From Acidimicrobiales bacterium (GTDB lineage Bacteria > Actinomycetota > Acidimicrobiia > Acidimicrobiales > JABEUL01), in the NCBI GenBank assembly GCA_013044465.1, contig JABEUL010000244.1, positions 1 through 40,445 of the forward strand: 40,445 nt of DNA. Reading direction: 5' to 3'. Positions 28,656-37,953 of this stretch are shown here, one piece after another (the stretch's first letter is position 1; each line of letters starts with the position of its first letter). The position numbers and the translations under genes were made by a program. The notes beneath the pieces were generated by a model that was not told the DNA's origin, did not search any database, and saw nothing but the letters and a program-made list of their open reading frames with translations.

Positions 28656-31600
28656 ATGTTTCTTGTTGCCTATATACCCAATTTCGTCAACCAACCTGGC
28701 GTAGTTTCAGCTGACAATAAGCTGTATCTTTTTACCGATCCAGGGAGATTCTTAGTTCAGTCATCACAGATGTGGGATCCCACTAATGCCTTAGGTACGG
28801 TGACCCACCAACATATTGGCTATCTACTTCCCCTTGCCCCTTTTTACTGGCTTTTCACTACAATTGGAAGCCCGATTTGGTTTACAGAACGTATTTGGAC
28901 CGGGTCACTGTTATTTTTTGCCGGACTTGGTGTTTACAGATTTACGCGAGTGCTAAAACTGGGTAGATCCACTCAACTTGTAGCCTCATTTTTTTACATG
29001 CTCTCGCCGTATTCGCTTCAATATCTCAACCGAATTTCAGATATTTTGCTTACTTGGTCAGCTCTTGGATGGATGATGGCTTTCGTCGTACTCTCGGCCC
29101 ACAAGGGGAAATGGAGATATCCGGCAGCATTTGCCCTGGTAGTTGCAGTAGTAGGCGGAACAAACGGAAGCTCCATCATCTATGTAGGAATTGGTCCTGT
29201 CGCTTGGTTAATTTATGCCGCCTACTTCTCAAAGGAGATAAAACCTCTAAAAGCCCTGGTTGTAGCTCTTAGGATTGCAGTGCTGACATTGGCTGTGTCG
29301 ATATGGTGGGCAGTTGCTCTTTGGGTTGAAGCTGGATTTGGCTTAAATATCTTAAAGTTCACTGAAACCGTGCCAGCAGTTGCCTCTACGTCACTGGCAT
29401 CTGAGGCTATAAGAGGACTTGGCTACTGGTTCTACTACGGTCAGAGTGCTCTTGGGAGTTGGGTTCCCTCCTCCGTGGGTTACCAAGAACATATCTGGCT
29501 GATCCTCGTCTCGTTTGCCGTTCCAGCCATAGCAATTTATTCCGCGGTACGAATAAAGTGGAAAATGAAGGGGTTCTTTATTGCCCTACTTTTCACCGGT
29601 TTAGTGGCAAGTGTAGGCACGCACCCGTTTTCTTCTCCGTCAATTTGGGGCAGAGCTGTTTCGTGGTTCATGCTCAACACGACCGCGGGATTTGCACTCC
29701 GCTCAACAGACAGGGCCACTCCTTTAATAATTTTGAGCCTGGCTATTTTGCTTGGTTGTGGGATGGAAGCACTTTACGCAAAGTGTAGATCTCTTGGTCA
29801 ATTAAAGAAATATAAAAGGATTCTTATTGCGGTTTTAGCTCTTCTGGTGTTAAATCTTGCTGCGCTATGGGATGGCCAACTTATTCCACCCCAGTACCAA
29901 CATCCTGAAACATTTCCTTCGTATTACTACCAAGCTGCAAATTATCTAGATAGCCAAACTAACAAAACTAGGGTACTTGTCGAGCCAGGAACCGACACGG
30001 CTGTATATCGTTTTGGAACCACTATTGACCCCATTTTGCCTGGGATCATGAGTCGAGACTCGGTGGAGAGAGAACAACTCCCGCAAGGGACTACTGCAAG
30101 TGTCGATTTGCAAGATGCCATCGACCAGCCTTTACAAGAAGGCGTAGCAAACCCGAATACTTACGGGGATATGGCTCGCTTAATTAGTGCTGGCGATATG
30201 GTTTTACAGTCAAATCTGGCATACGAAGACTATGGACTGCCAGAGCCACAACAGACATGGCAGCTTTTTTCCAAGAACCCAAAACGACTGTCTAGTCCAA
30301 TTCCTTTTGGCAAGCCAGTGCCAAATGTGGCCAAATCAAATACACTCGTTTTATTCGGACAACAACAGCTCTCTCTTCCCCCAAATGCCCCTTGGCCAGC
30401 GCCCCTTGAAGTATTTCCGGTTCCAAATGCGCGCCCAATCGTAAGGGCAGAGTCGACTTCAATGCCTTTAATCATCGACGGTGGTGGATCCGGGTTGGTG
30501 AATTCATCTTCAGCAGGACTCTTGGCCGGCAATCCGACTGTTTTTTATTCCGGTACTTACGCAGGCTCATCAAAGGGGCAACAACAACTCAAAAGTCTGG
30601 CTTCGAAAGGAGCAGATCTTGTTATTACGGACACAAATAGAAAATCAGCTAGAAGGTGGGCTGGAACAATTCAGGACGTTCAGGGATATACCGAGACTGC
30701 TACTGAAACGAATAATCCCACAGACTACTCGAATGCTCCGCTCAATCTATTCCCACAAGCCGGTTCTGATGCACAAACTGTAACTGAATTACATGGGATT
30801 GCCTCCGTTGAAGCCTCGGCTTATGGAAACCAGGTAAGTTACGAACCTTACCAACGTCCGGCAATGGCCCTCGATGGAAACACCGACACTTCTTGGGCGT
30901 ACTCTCTGGATGCATATTCGACGAACCAGTGGTGGCAAGTAAGTCTAATAAATCCGGTAACGGAAAATCACATTACACTTACTCAAGTTTTAGACGGAAC
31001 GCCAATTTATAGCATTAACAAAGTCACTATTACTTTCGACGGATCTAGTCCAATTACCGCCAGTTTAGGAGCAGAGTCACGGACTCCAAAAGGCCAAACT
31101 ATCAATTTCCCAATGAGATCATTTACGACACTTCGAATAACAATCGACGGTGTAACAACTACCGGAAATAAGACTGGAGTAACCGATGTCGGATTTTCTG
31201 AGGTCGGAATCTCTGGGATTAAAGCTGTTGAAGTAGTACGAACGCCTATAGACCTGCTTCAAACCCTAGGCACTGCGTCGAATAATGATCGCCTCTCAAT
31301 AGTTCTAAATCGCTGGAGGGTTGGACCCGTGCCTCCACGACCAGATCCAGAGGCGACTTTAGCTAGAGATATCTGGTTGCCTACAGAGCGAACCTTTGCA
31401 GTAACTGGAACAGTGGCTATCAATGCTTCGACACCTGACGAAGTCGTGGACTCAATACTTGGCAGACCAGGATCTAACGGATCAGGGATGGTGGCCAGGT
31501 CCTCGGGTCGACTTCCCGGTTTTCTTGATTCACGAGCTTCAATGGCATTTGATGGGAATAGTTCAACCTCATGGTCTCCTGGGTCAGGTTTAAACCAGCA

Positions 31601-32999
31601 GATCGGCGCATGGGTCGAACTGGACCTACCAAATACTACAAGCTTTTCACATCTGAATTTTGTAGTCGATGCTGACAATCACCACAGTGTGCCAACCTCA
31701 ATTACTCTCTCCACAGAACAAGGGCTCAGATTTATCAAGCTTCCAAAAGTAACTTCCGAAAATCCTGTTGGCCACACGGTATCAATGAGTATTAATTTTC
31801 CCGCCATCACTGGGAGAAGAATTCGAATCACCATTGATTCCGTGCAGAAGTTTTACGGCCAAGATGTGCCTAATCAACCTTTTTACGTAATGCCTGTTGG
31901 AATTGCTGAGGTAGGCATTCCGGGCGAAACAATGCCTCCTGTCCCGACTAACTTGCCTACAAGCTGCAATTCAAATTTATTAACTGTAAATGGAGTCCCA
32001 GTCTCAGTTGAACTCAAAGGAACAACCACCCAGGCCAGCAGCGGCGGCGAAATTCCATTCATTGGATGCGGCAACTCAAATACTGGGGTTTCCATGGGAC
32101 CAGGAGACGCGATTGTCGAAGGCAACCCACCAACTAACACCGGAATAAACCTTGACAGCGTCACATTGGACTCGGCACCTGGCGGGGGCATTGGAACTAT
32201 TGTCTCACCTGGAGAAATCGCTCCTGCACCTTCACCTAAAGAGACTGCCCTGGGCACAATGTTGAATTCGACTGCTACAAGTTATAACGCCAAAATTGTC
32301 TCCAATGGACAGCCGTTTTGGTTGGTTTTAGGCGAATCACAAGATAAGGGCTGGAGCGCCACTTTGAGCAATGGCCAGGTGCTAGGTCAATCCACGTTAA
32401 TTGATGGCTATGCAAACGGTTGGTTGGTTAAACCTCCGCCAGGAAAACAAACACTTTATGTTCATTTTTACTTCGCTCCGCAATCCTATGTTTGGCTATC
32501 GCTCATTCTTGGGGCTATATTCGTCGCACTTTGCCTGGTAATTCTTTTGTTTACTAGAAGATCTCGCCATGTTAGCGCCTATGATGCTGTCGATGCGCCT
32601 ACACTCGATGACAGGATTTTCTTTAATCTCAAACTACTTTCAACTAAAAAGAAGCTTGGACTTTCCCTAGCTTTTGGCTTGGCGGTGACAATCTTTACAA
32701 CTCCATTAACTGGACTGAGCGCAGCGGTACTAGCCTTTGGCTCGCTCAATGTACTTAAGACCTCCAGATCATTATCGAAAGTAATATTTGCTTTAATTTT
32801 GATGGTTGGCATTTACGTCGCAGGAATGCAGCTACTTTTTAACTATCTGCCTGGAGATGGATGGCCTTCCAACTTTGAATTAGGAGGGACACTAACTTGG
32901 ATTGCCATAATCGCCTTGGTGGTTTACCACTTAATGACTCAACGCTTCTTGGACAAAGATACTTCTTCAAGCTCCTTGAAAATGCCCAATGAAGTGTGA
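28656..32999 (+). CDS. AftD-like (DUF3367 / alpha-(1->3)-arabinofuranosyltransferase family) GT-C membrane glycosyltransferase with discoidin-like carbohydrate-binding modules and a C-terminal TM bundle
   Basis: 1447 aa.
- N-terminus: PGVVSADNKLYLFTDPGRFLVQSSQMWDP, comparable to the AftD-family ADTKLDL...P.RFL loop, followed by about 10 or more TM helices (roughly aa 1-400).
- Middle: a long soluble region with two A(L/F)DGN(T/S).TSW discoidin/F5-8-C-like signatures at 30864..30896 and 31542..31574.
- C-terminus: the motif FWLVLGESQDKGWSATLSNG...LIDGYANGW, then about 4 TM helices.
The first canonical start may truncate TM1 (see findings). Confidence 0.8.
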   Translation: MFLVAYIPNFVNQPGVVSADNKLYLFTDPGRFLVQSSQMWDPTNALGTVTHQHIGYLLPLAPFYWLFTTIGSPIWFTERIWTGSLLFFAGLGVYRFTRVLKLGRSTQLVASFFYMLSPYSLQYLNRISDILLTWSALGWMMAFVVLSAHKGKWRYPAAFALVVAVVGGTNGSSIIYVGIGPVAWLIYAAYFSKEIKPLKALVVALRIAVLTLAVSIWWAVALWVEAGFGLNILKFTETVPAVASTSLASEAIRGLGYWFYYGQSALGSWVPSSVGYQEHIWLILVSFAVPAIAIYSAVRIKWKMKGFFIALLFTGLVASVGTHPFSSPSIWGRAVSWFMLNTTAGFALRSTDRATPLIILSLAILLGCGMEALYAKCRSLGQLKKYKRILIAVLALLVLNLAALWDGQLIPPQYQHPETFPSYYYQAANYLDSQTNKTRVLVEPGTDTAVYRFGTTIDPILPGIMSRDSVEREQLPQGTTASVDLQDAIDQPLQEGVANPNTYGDMARLISAGDMVLQSNLAYEDYGLPEPQQTWQLFSKNPKRLSSPIPFGKPVPNVAKSNTLVLFGQQQLSLPPNAPWPAPLEVFPVPNARPIVRAESTSMPLIIDGGGSGLVNSSSAGLLAGNPTVFYSGTYAGSSKGQQQLKSLASKGADLVITDTNRKSARRWAGTIQDVQGYTETATETNNPTDYSNAPLNLFPQAGSDAQTVTELHGIASVEASAYGNQVSYEPYQRPAMALDGNTDTSWAYSLDAYSTNQWWQVSLINPVTENHITLTQVLDGTPIYSINKVTITFDGSSPITASLGAESRTPKGQTINFPMRSFTTLRITIDGVTTTGNKTGVTDVGFSEVGISGIKAVEVVRTPIDLLQTLGTASNNDRLSIVLNRWRVGPVPPRPDPEATLARDIWLPTERTFAVTGTVAINASTPDEVVDSILGRPGSNGSGMVARSSGRLPGFLDSRASMAFDGNSSTSWSPGSGLNQQIGAWVELDLPNTTSFSHLNFVVDADNHHSVPTSITLSTEQGLRFIKLPKVTSENPVGHTVSMSINFPAITGRRIRITIDSVQKFYGQDVPNQPFYVMPVGIAEVGIPGETMPPVPTNLPTSCNSNLLTVNGVPVSVELKGTTTQASSGGEIPFIGCGNSNTGVSMGPGDAIVEGNPPTNTGINLDSVTLDSAPGGGIGTIVSPGEIAPAPSPKETALGTMLNSTATSYNAKIVSNGQPFWLVLGESQDKGWSATLSNGQVLGQSTLIDGYANGWLVKPPPGKQTLYVHFYFAPQSYVWLSLILGAIFVALCLVILLFTRRSRHVSAYDAVDAPTLDDRIFFNLKLLSTKKKLGLSLAFGLAVTIFTTPLTGLSAAVLAFGSLNVLKTSRSLSKVIFALILMVGIYVAGMQLLFNYLPGDGWPSNFELGGTLTWIAIIALVVYHLMTQRFLDKDTSSSSLKMPNEV

Positions 33000-34141
33000 T
33001 CCCAAGTAAGTTTCCTGGCGAACTCATTAGCCTTTGCCCCCATCTTCTCACGAAGCTTAGTGTCTTTTAGTAGCATTTCAATTTTTACGGCCATATCGTT
33101 TGGATCTTGGGCCAAATATCCAGAAACACCATCTATTACCGAATCCATAAATCCAGGAATGTTAAAGGTAACTGAAGGAAGATAAGAGCCGCCTGCTTCT
33201 AGAACTGTGAGACCCCAACCTTCTCTAGAGGAAGCACTGACATGGAGCCAAGCATTGCGATAGAGCTCTAAAAGATCCTGGTCACTCACACGACCCTTCA
33301 GCGCTATCCAAGAAGTAGCATCTGCATTATTAACTGAGTCAATTACTATCTCCTTCTCAAATCCATCACCGACGATAATTGCCCTTAAATCAGGTACTGT
33401 TTTTTTCACTTCCTTTAATATCTCAATCAACAATGGAACACGCTTAACTGGAACTAATCGACCAACTGCTATAACCGTTGGGTTCGCATTACGATCTGGG
33501 GTGGAGTAAAAGAAAGGATCCATTCCCGGATGAACAATCTTGATTTGAGAGTCCTTAAACTTCATCCTATTTAAAACATCCGACTTTACCGACTCAGAAG
33601 GAGTGATAATCGCCTCTTTTCGAAAGATAATTGGTGCTACTACCTCTTCGATTATGTTTCCAACTTTCGCCAAAAATGGAGGTAATACCATCTGCCACAT
33701 GTCGGCATGGACATGGTGCAGCACCACTACTTTTGGTTTGGACGCCCATAGTGTTGAAAAAAACGGCATCCCGTTCCATATTTCTACAACCGCGTCATAG
33801 TGCCCGCTTGCTGAAACTAACCAACTTAGAGCGGTTCTAGGAAATACTAGATACCGTCCAGATTTACGTATAATCCGATATCCATTCCGATGGGAAAATT
33901 TTGGCAATCCATATGCCGTCGAAGACCTAAAAGTGACATCAAGACCAGCCTCGGCCCATCTTGTGGCAATTTGGTGTGCATGTAGCTCTGACCCACCGGA
34001 TTCAACGTCATCCAAATCTCTCCACGAGAGAATCAATATTCTCTTAATTTTACTATTCTTCACAAGTTCAATCAGTTCTTCTTTTGAACTATCGTGAACA
34101 GTGAAATCTACTTTTTCTGGATTGTCATCGCTAGATTCCAC
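32939..34141 (-). CDS. GT4-family (GT-B fold) glycosyltransferase
   Basis: 400 aa. Begins ILILSWRDLDDVESGGSELH, and the C-terminal half carries the E-x7-E region SSREGWGLTVLEAGGSYLPSV. The GTG start at 34141 is preceded by AGAGG. An alternative GTG at 34063 (VKNSKIKRILILSW) would remove the overlap with the upstream gene. Confidence 0.85.
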   Translation of the reverse strand: MESSDDNPEKVDFTVHDSSKEELIELVKNSKIKRILILSWRDLDDVESGGSELHAHQIATRWAEAGLDVTFRSSTAYGLPKFSHRNGYRIIRKSGRYLVFPRTALSWLVSASGHYDAVVEIWNGMPFFSTLWASKPKVVVLHHVHADMWQMVLPPFLAKVGNIIEEVVAPIIFRKEAIITPSESVKSDVLNRMKFKDSQIKIVHPGMDPFFYSTPDRNANPTVIAVGRLVPVKRVPLLIEILKEVKKTVPDLRAIIVGDGFEKEIVIDSVNNADATSWIALKGRVSDQDLLELYRNAWLHVSASSREGWGLTVLEAGGSYLPSVTFNIPGFMDSVIDGVSGYLAQDPNDMAVKIEMLLKDTKLREKMGAKANEFARKLTWDHTSLGIFKELEEVSLSKKR

Positions 34142-34878
34142 GTCATCACCTCTCTTAAACCTTGAATCTTCACGATAAAACTAGCCCAATCAGGATAGTA
34201 ACGAGGTGCGACATTCAGGACTTTTATATCTCCTGAAAGTTGCTTTTTAGACAAGTAATCCAAAGCACTATTTATATGAATTGGAAATAGAGACTCCCCT
34301 ATTCTATTTTTAACTCTCTTGTTGTACTTGCCTTCATATCTTTCAAGTGCCCTTTTCCCACCTAAGAGGTGCCAAGGAGATGTCTCGTGCCCGCCCCATG
34401 GTGAGTACCAATTCGTAAAACATGCAAAAACCAAGCCACCGGGTTTTACTACCCGAAGTTGCTCATCCATAAACTCCCATGGCCTTTCTACATGCTCTAG
34501 AACATTGGATGAAAATGCAATATCAATAGAACTGCTGCGAATTGGTAATCTATACCCATCTCCCACAATGGCTGGAAACTTAGGAATACCCCGCCAAAGA
34601 AGTTCCTCCTCAAAAGGCTCAATTGCCACGCATCTGGCACCACTAGATAAAAATGCAGCTGTAAAATAACCTGCTCCGCCCCCTACATCGATAACAGTCT
34701 TGCCTTTCAAATCGGTGTAGCGCTTAAGCATTGAAACCCCGTCTTTTGCAAGCAGTCCATAAAATGAATCAGGATCCTTTTGCTCTAAAGTAAATGCTCG
34801 CAATAACCCAATTGTGTCCTTTAATTTACGGGCTTTAACAGCTGAATCTATTTTTTCATCGAGATTGATCAGTTGCAC
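34108..34878 (-). CDS. Class I SAM-dependent methyltransferase
   Basis: 256 aa with motif I VIDVGGGAGYFTAAF and post-I/II motifs (CVAIEP, IDIAFSSNVLEHV, VKPGGLVF). Confidence 0.8.
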   Translation of the reverse strand: MQLINLDEKIDSAVKARKLKDTIGLLRAFTLEQKDPDSFYGLLAKDGVSMLKRYTDLKGKTVIDVGGGAGYFTAAFLSSGARCVAIEPFEEELLWRGIPKFPAIVGDGYRLPIRSSSIDIAFSSNVLEHVERPWEFMDEQLRVVKPGGLVFACFTNWYSPWGGHETSPWHLLGGKRALERYEGKYNKRVKNRIGESLFPIHINSALDYLSKKQLSGDIKVLNVAPRYYPDWASFIVKIQGLREVMTWNLAMTIQKK

Positions 34879-34889
34879 GTATTGAACTC

Positions 34890-36245
34890 CTATTTGCGAT
34901 CACTATTTTTACTCTTGGAAAGCCAGGTGGCGGTCTGAAGCAATCCTACAGCCCCACAAAGTACCCAAACAACCTCGGCGCTCGCTCTATAACGTTGATT
35001 GCCATATATCAGCGCGGCCACCAAAATGGTCAGAATTATCGGAGCAAACAGTGGAGATAGGGGAAGTTTTCTTTTTCTAACCACTATGAGTCCGACCACT
35101 ACAAATGGCCAAAGCAGCCAGTATGACCATATATCACTCAATGCCGCATAATGCGTCCAGCCTTCAGTTTGATCTAAATTAGCCTGCTGAAAAGGCTGCC
35201 AGAAATTCCACATTCTTCCCTCTCTGGCTAGCAGAACATATGGAAGCCGAGAAGTATTATTTTCGATGTATTTAATAGCAATTGATCGGTAATAACTATC
35301 GGCCTGGGATTCGTCACCATTGGGTACTAAATCAGTTGCACAACCAATATTCCAGTATCCAGTAAATGGACCGTTCCATGTTGCATAACAGTTCGCAGTC
35401 TCTAATGTAATACCACTTTGAGTCGAAAAAAACTCCGGATTTTTAAAACTTAAAAATACATGAATTGACCAAAACGAAAATACGCTAACCGCTGCCACGC
35501 ATCCAACTGCAAACTGGATTAATTTCTCCTTCCACCTCATATTTCTCCTGAAGAATATAAGCGGAGCGAGTAAGAGCAGTAATAGGGAAATCTGCTCGGA
35601 TCTAGCTAATACCAACAAACCAATCATCGCACCAACAGCTGCTGCTCTATAGCTAGAGGGCTTCTCGAAGTATCGATAGGCAAGTAATAACACTAAGCAG
35701 AAACACAACACTTCGGTTGGTTCAGCCAAAGAGGTTCCATCATATACCCACAAACCTGGGTAAATCGAAGCAATTAAGCCTGCTGTTATTCCAGTTGTAG
35801 CTCCACCCAATTTTCTTCCAATTAACCCGATTACCCCGACGGCCAAAGCACCTAATACACAGTTTATGATGCTTTGGTCGTGAACACTCCCAAGGCCGAA
35901 TCGGTCTCCGATAGCTAGAACAATCGGCCAAAGTGGCGGATGGCTTGCTGTTGCGATATTGGTTCCAGGAACAACTGGGAAATGTCCGTCCGCAAAATTG
36001 ATCGCAAAATTGTAATAGTAGTAATAATCCCCTCCAGGAGGACCTTGATTCCACTTAGAAGTTGCAACATAAAGAATCCGCACAGTGAGACCAAAAATAA
36101 CAGTGAGACCCAAAAATATATAAAACATCTTTGAATTCTTGACTAAGCCAGGAGTTGTTTCGAGCTCTTTCCTAGGTGGAATTTCACCGTATGAACGATC
36201 GACAAACCATCCAGCTGAGAGTGAATCATTAGTCACTGTAGTCAA
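34890..36245 (-). CDS. Polytopic GT-C-fold membrane glycosyltransferase (ArnT/PMT-like, GT39/GT83-type)
   Basis: 451 aa with about 10 or more hydrophobic helices. The first extracytoplasmic loop, GGDYYYYYNFAINFADGHFP, resembles the ArnT/PMT_2 loop-1 region. The TTG start at 36245 is uncertain, and ATG (MFYIFLG) lies 39 codons in. Confidence 0.55.
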   Translation of the reverse strand: MTTVTNDSLSAGWFVDRSYGEIPPRKELETTPGLVKNSKMFYIFLGLTVIFGLTVRILYVATSKWNQGPPGGDYYYYYNFAINFADGHFPVVPGTNIATASHPPLWPIVLAIGDRFGLGSVHDQSIINCVLGALAVGVIGLIGRKLGGATTGITAGLIASIYPGLWVYDGTSLAEPTEVLCFCLVLLLAYRYFEKPSSYRAAAVGAMIGLLVLARSEQISLLLLLLAPLIFFRRNMRWKEKLIQFAVGCVAAVSVFSFWSIHVFLSFKNPEFFSTQSGITLETANCYATWNGPFTGYWNIGCATDLVPNGDESQADSYYRSIAIKYIENNTSRLPYVLLAREGRMWNFWQPFQQANLDQTEGWTHYAALSDIWSYWLLWPFVVVGLIVVRKRKLPLSPLFAPIILTILVAALIYGNQRYRASAEVVWVLCGAVGLLQTATWLSKSKNSDRK

Positions 36246-36324
36246 TTCACAATTTTCCTGACATTGAGATCCGAACCAATAGAGCCACTACCACCAAAAT
36301 TTCTATCCTTTTGAAAACTCGAGT

Positions 36325-37908
36325 TTAGCTGGGAATCTTTAGTGGTGCACTTCTTCCCGTGCCGCTCGAACCGCCATTTGATTTAACTTCCTCATGATAC
36401 TCTTCTTCGACATTAACTGACCAAATATCGTGACTAGCACCAAGGAGATTTTCCACAGACAACATTGCCGTGTACATGGAGTGATCTTGATTGTTGTACC
36501 GGTGCATCCCATTTCTACCCACTGCAAATACATTTTTGACATTTTCTTCTAACCAGGATCTGATCATCCCCACATTTGTTGAATATGCTTCATCGTATGT
36601 GGGGTAAGCCTTTGGGACTCTGACCACATAGCCCCTTTCAACCGATCCTTTTTCGATTAAGCCCAACTTTTCAATCTCATGAATGGCAAAAACTATAAGT
36701 TCGTTGTCTGCCATTTCCCAAAAGTCATCATGTTCAAAAACAAAATATTCCATTCCTAAACAAGTAGTGCCAGGTGCCACCATATCTTTTGACCAAGAAC
36801 CATAATTTTGAACTCTGCCAACCTTTACTTCATCATCATGAATGTATATCCAGTTGTCAGGAAAACCAGCTTCCCATGGCACCACCAATGCAACGGTTAA
36901 ATAATCACGATATTTCAGTCCTTTAGCCGCCTTTTGTACATCTTCAGGCGGAAGTGGATTCATTATCATGATGAGTTCAGAAAGCGGGATTGAAGAAATC
37001 ACACCGGATATTTCAATGCTTAATTTCTGACCAACTTTATCGATATAAGAAACTTGACTCGCCATACCATTGGCATGATTAATCTCACTCAGCCTAGTCT
37101 CCAGCTTCACCTCTCCCCCGTTTCGCATTACCATCTCACTTGCTCGCTCCCACATCATGCCAGGACCAAGTTTAGGATAATGAAACTCTTCGATTAAGCT
37201 CGTGACCTTCTGTTGAGAAGAGTCCGAACCACCTAATAACTGCTTAAGTTTTCTTGTGAGCCAGAGTTTATTTATTGTCATGGTGAGCGCATGCATCACG
37301 GCATTTGTAATCGACAAGTTTTTTATTCGTTGAGCAGCCCAATCGGCTTGAATTTCACTTGCAGGCATTCCCCATACTTTTTCCGTATAGCTTTTGAAAA
37401 AAGTTCGATACAGTCTCCAACCAAACCTGGATGCTACCCATTGCTCATAGTTCGACAAATCCTTGGGCCGGATAACTCTCACCTTTAACAGCGATATTAA
37501 ACATAGAAAGCTTTCCTTAATCCCCAAATTTCGAAGCGCCTGAGTAATAACGAGTGGATACATATAGTATTTGCCGTCGTAAAAAATTCTTGAAAGCCTT
37601 GGTCTGACCAAAAATTCCTCAGGATCTGGAAGAATTCGGTTCCATAATGCCTCAACTTCAGGGACTTTAGTAAAAAACCGGTGACCACCAATATCAAAAC
37701 GCCATTGATCCCTCAAGACTGTGCGGCTAATACCTCCGACTAGGTCATCGCTCTCAAGAACCACAGGTTTGATTCCATTATCTTGCAGCAGTATCGCCGC
37801 AGTTAGTCCGGCAGGTCCCGCGCCACCAATTACCACGGGAAGACTATTCTGACCCTTGGCATGATCCCAAATTTGGCTGTTATCCTGGTCTGAGCCGGAT
37901 AATGTCAT
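36325..37908 (-). CDS. NAD(P)/FAD-dependent oxidoreductase, amine-oxidase / UDP-galactopyranose-mutase-like fold
   Basis: 527 aa. The dinucleotide-binding motif is VVIGGAGPAGLTAAILL...VLESDDLVGGISRT, followed by FDIGGHRFFTK, which compares with the GPHIFHT region of Glf-type mutases. Confidence 0.75.
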   Translation of the reverse strand: MTLSGSDQDNSQIWDHAKGQNSLPVVIGGAGPAGLTAAILLQDNGIKPVVLESDDLVGGISRTVLRDQWRFDIGGHRFFTKVPEVEALWNRILPDPEEFLVRPRLSRIFYDGKYYMYPLVITQALRNLGIKESFLCLISLLKVRVIRPKDLSNYEQWVASRFGWRLYRTFFKSYTEKVWGMPASEIQADWAAQRIKNLSITNAVMHALTMTINKLWLTRKLKQLLGGSDSSQQKVTSLIEEFHYPKLGPGMMWERASEMVMRNGGEVKLETRLSEINHANGMASQVSYIDKVGQKLSIEISGVISSIPLSELIMIMNPLPPEDVQKAAKGLKYRDYLTVALVVPWEAGFPDNWIYIHDDEVKVGRVQNYGSWSKDMVAPGTTCLGMEYFVFEHDDFWEMADNELIVFAIHEIEKLGLIEKGSVERGYVVRVPKAYPTYDEAYSTNVGMIRSWLEENVKNVFAVGRNGMHRYNNQDHSMYTAMLSVENLLGASHDIWSVNVEEEYHEEVKSNGGSSGTGRSAPLKIPS

Positions 37909-37953
37909 GTCTGCTTGAGGCCTTTCGATTCTAAATCACTTATTGTCATTAAT

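Noticed and set aside
31259-32257. Minus-strand ORFs of 139 and 124 aa inside the AftD-like gene, and similar antisense ORFs at 13140..13490, 9217..9552, 39544..40032, 6753..7025 and 35740..36054
   Set aside because: Each is nested in or overlaps a longer, motif-supported gene on the opposite strand or in another frame of the same strand. The Gly/Pro/Ser/Arg-rich translations are typical of non-coding frames.
34063-34141. 34-nt overlap between the methyltransferase and the GT4 gene as evidence of a mis-called start or frameshift
   Set aside because: The GTG at 34141 has a reasonable AGAGG Shine-Dalgarno sequence 7 nt upstream, and both frames are intact. The alternative GTG at 34063 is possible, but nothing in the sequence forces it. 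It is noted in the feature evidence only.
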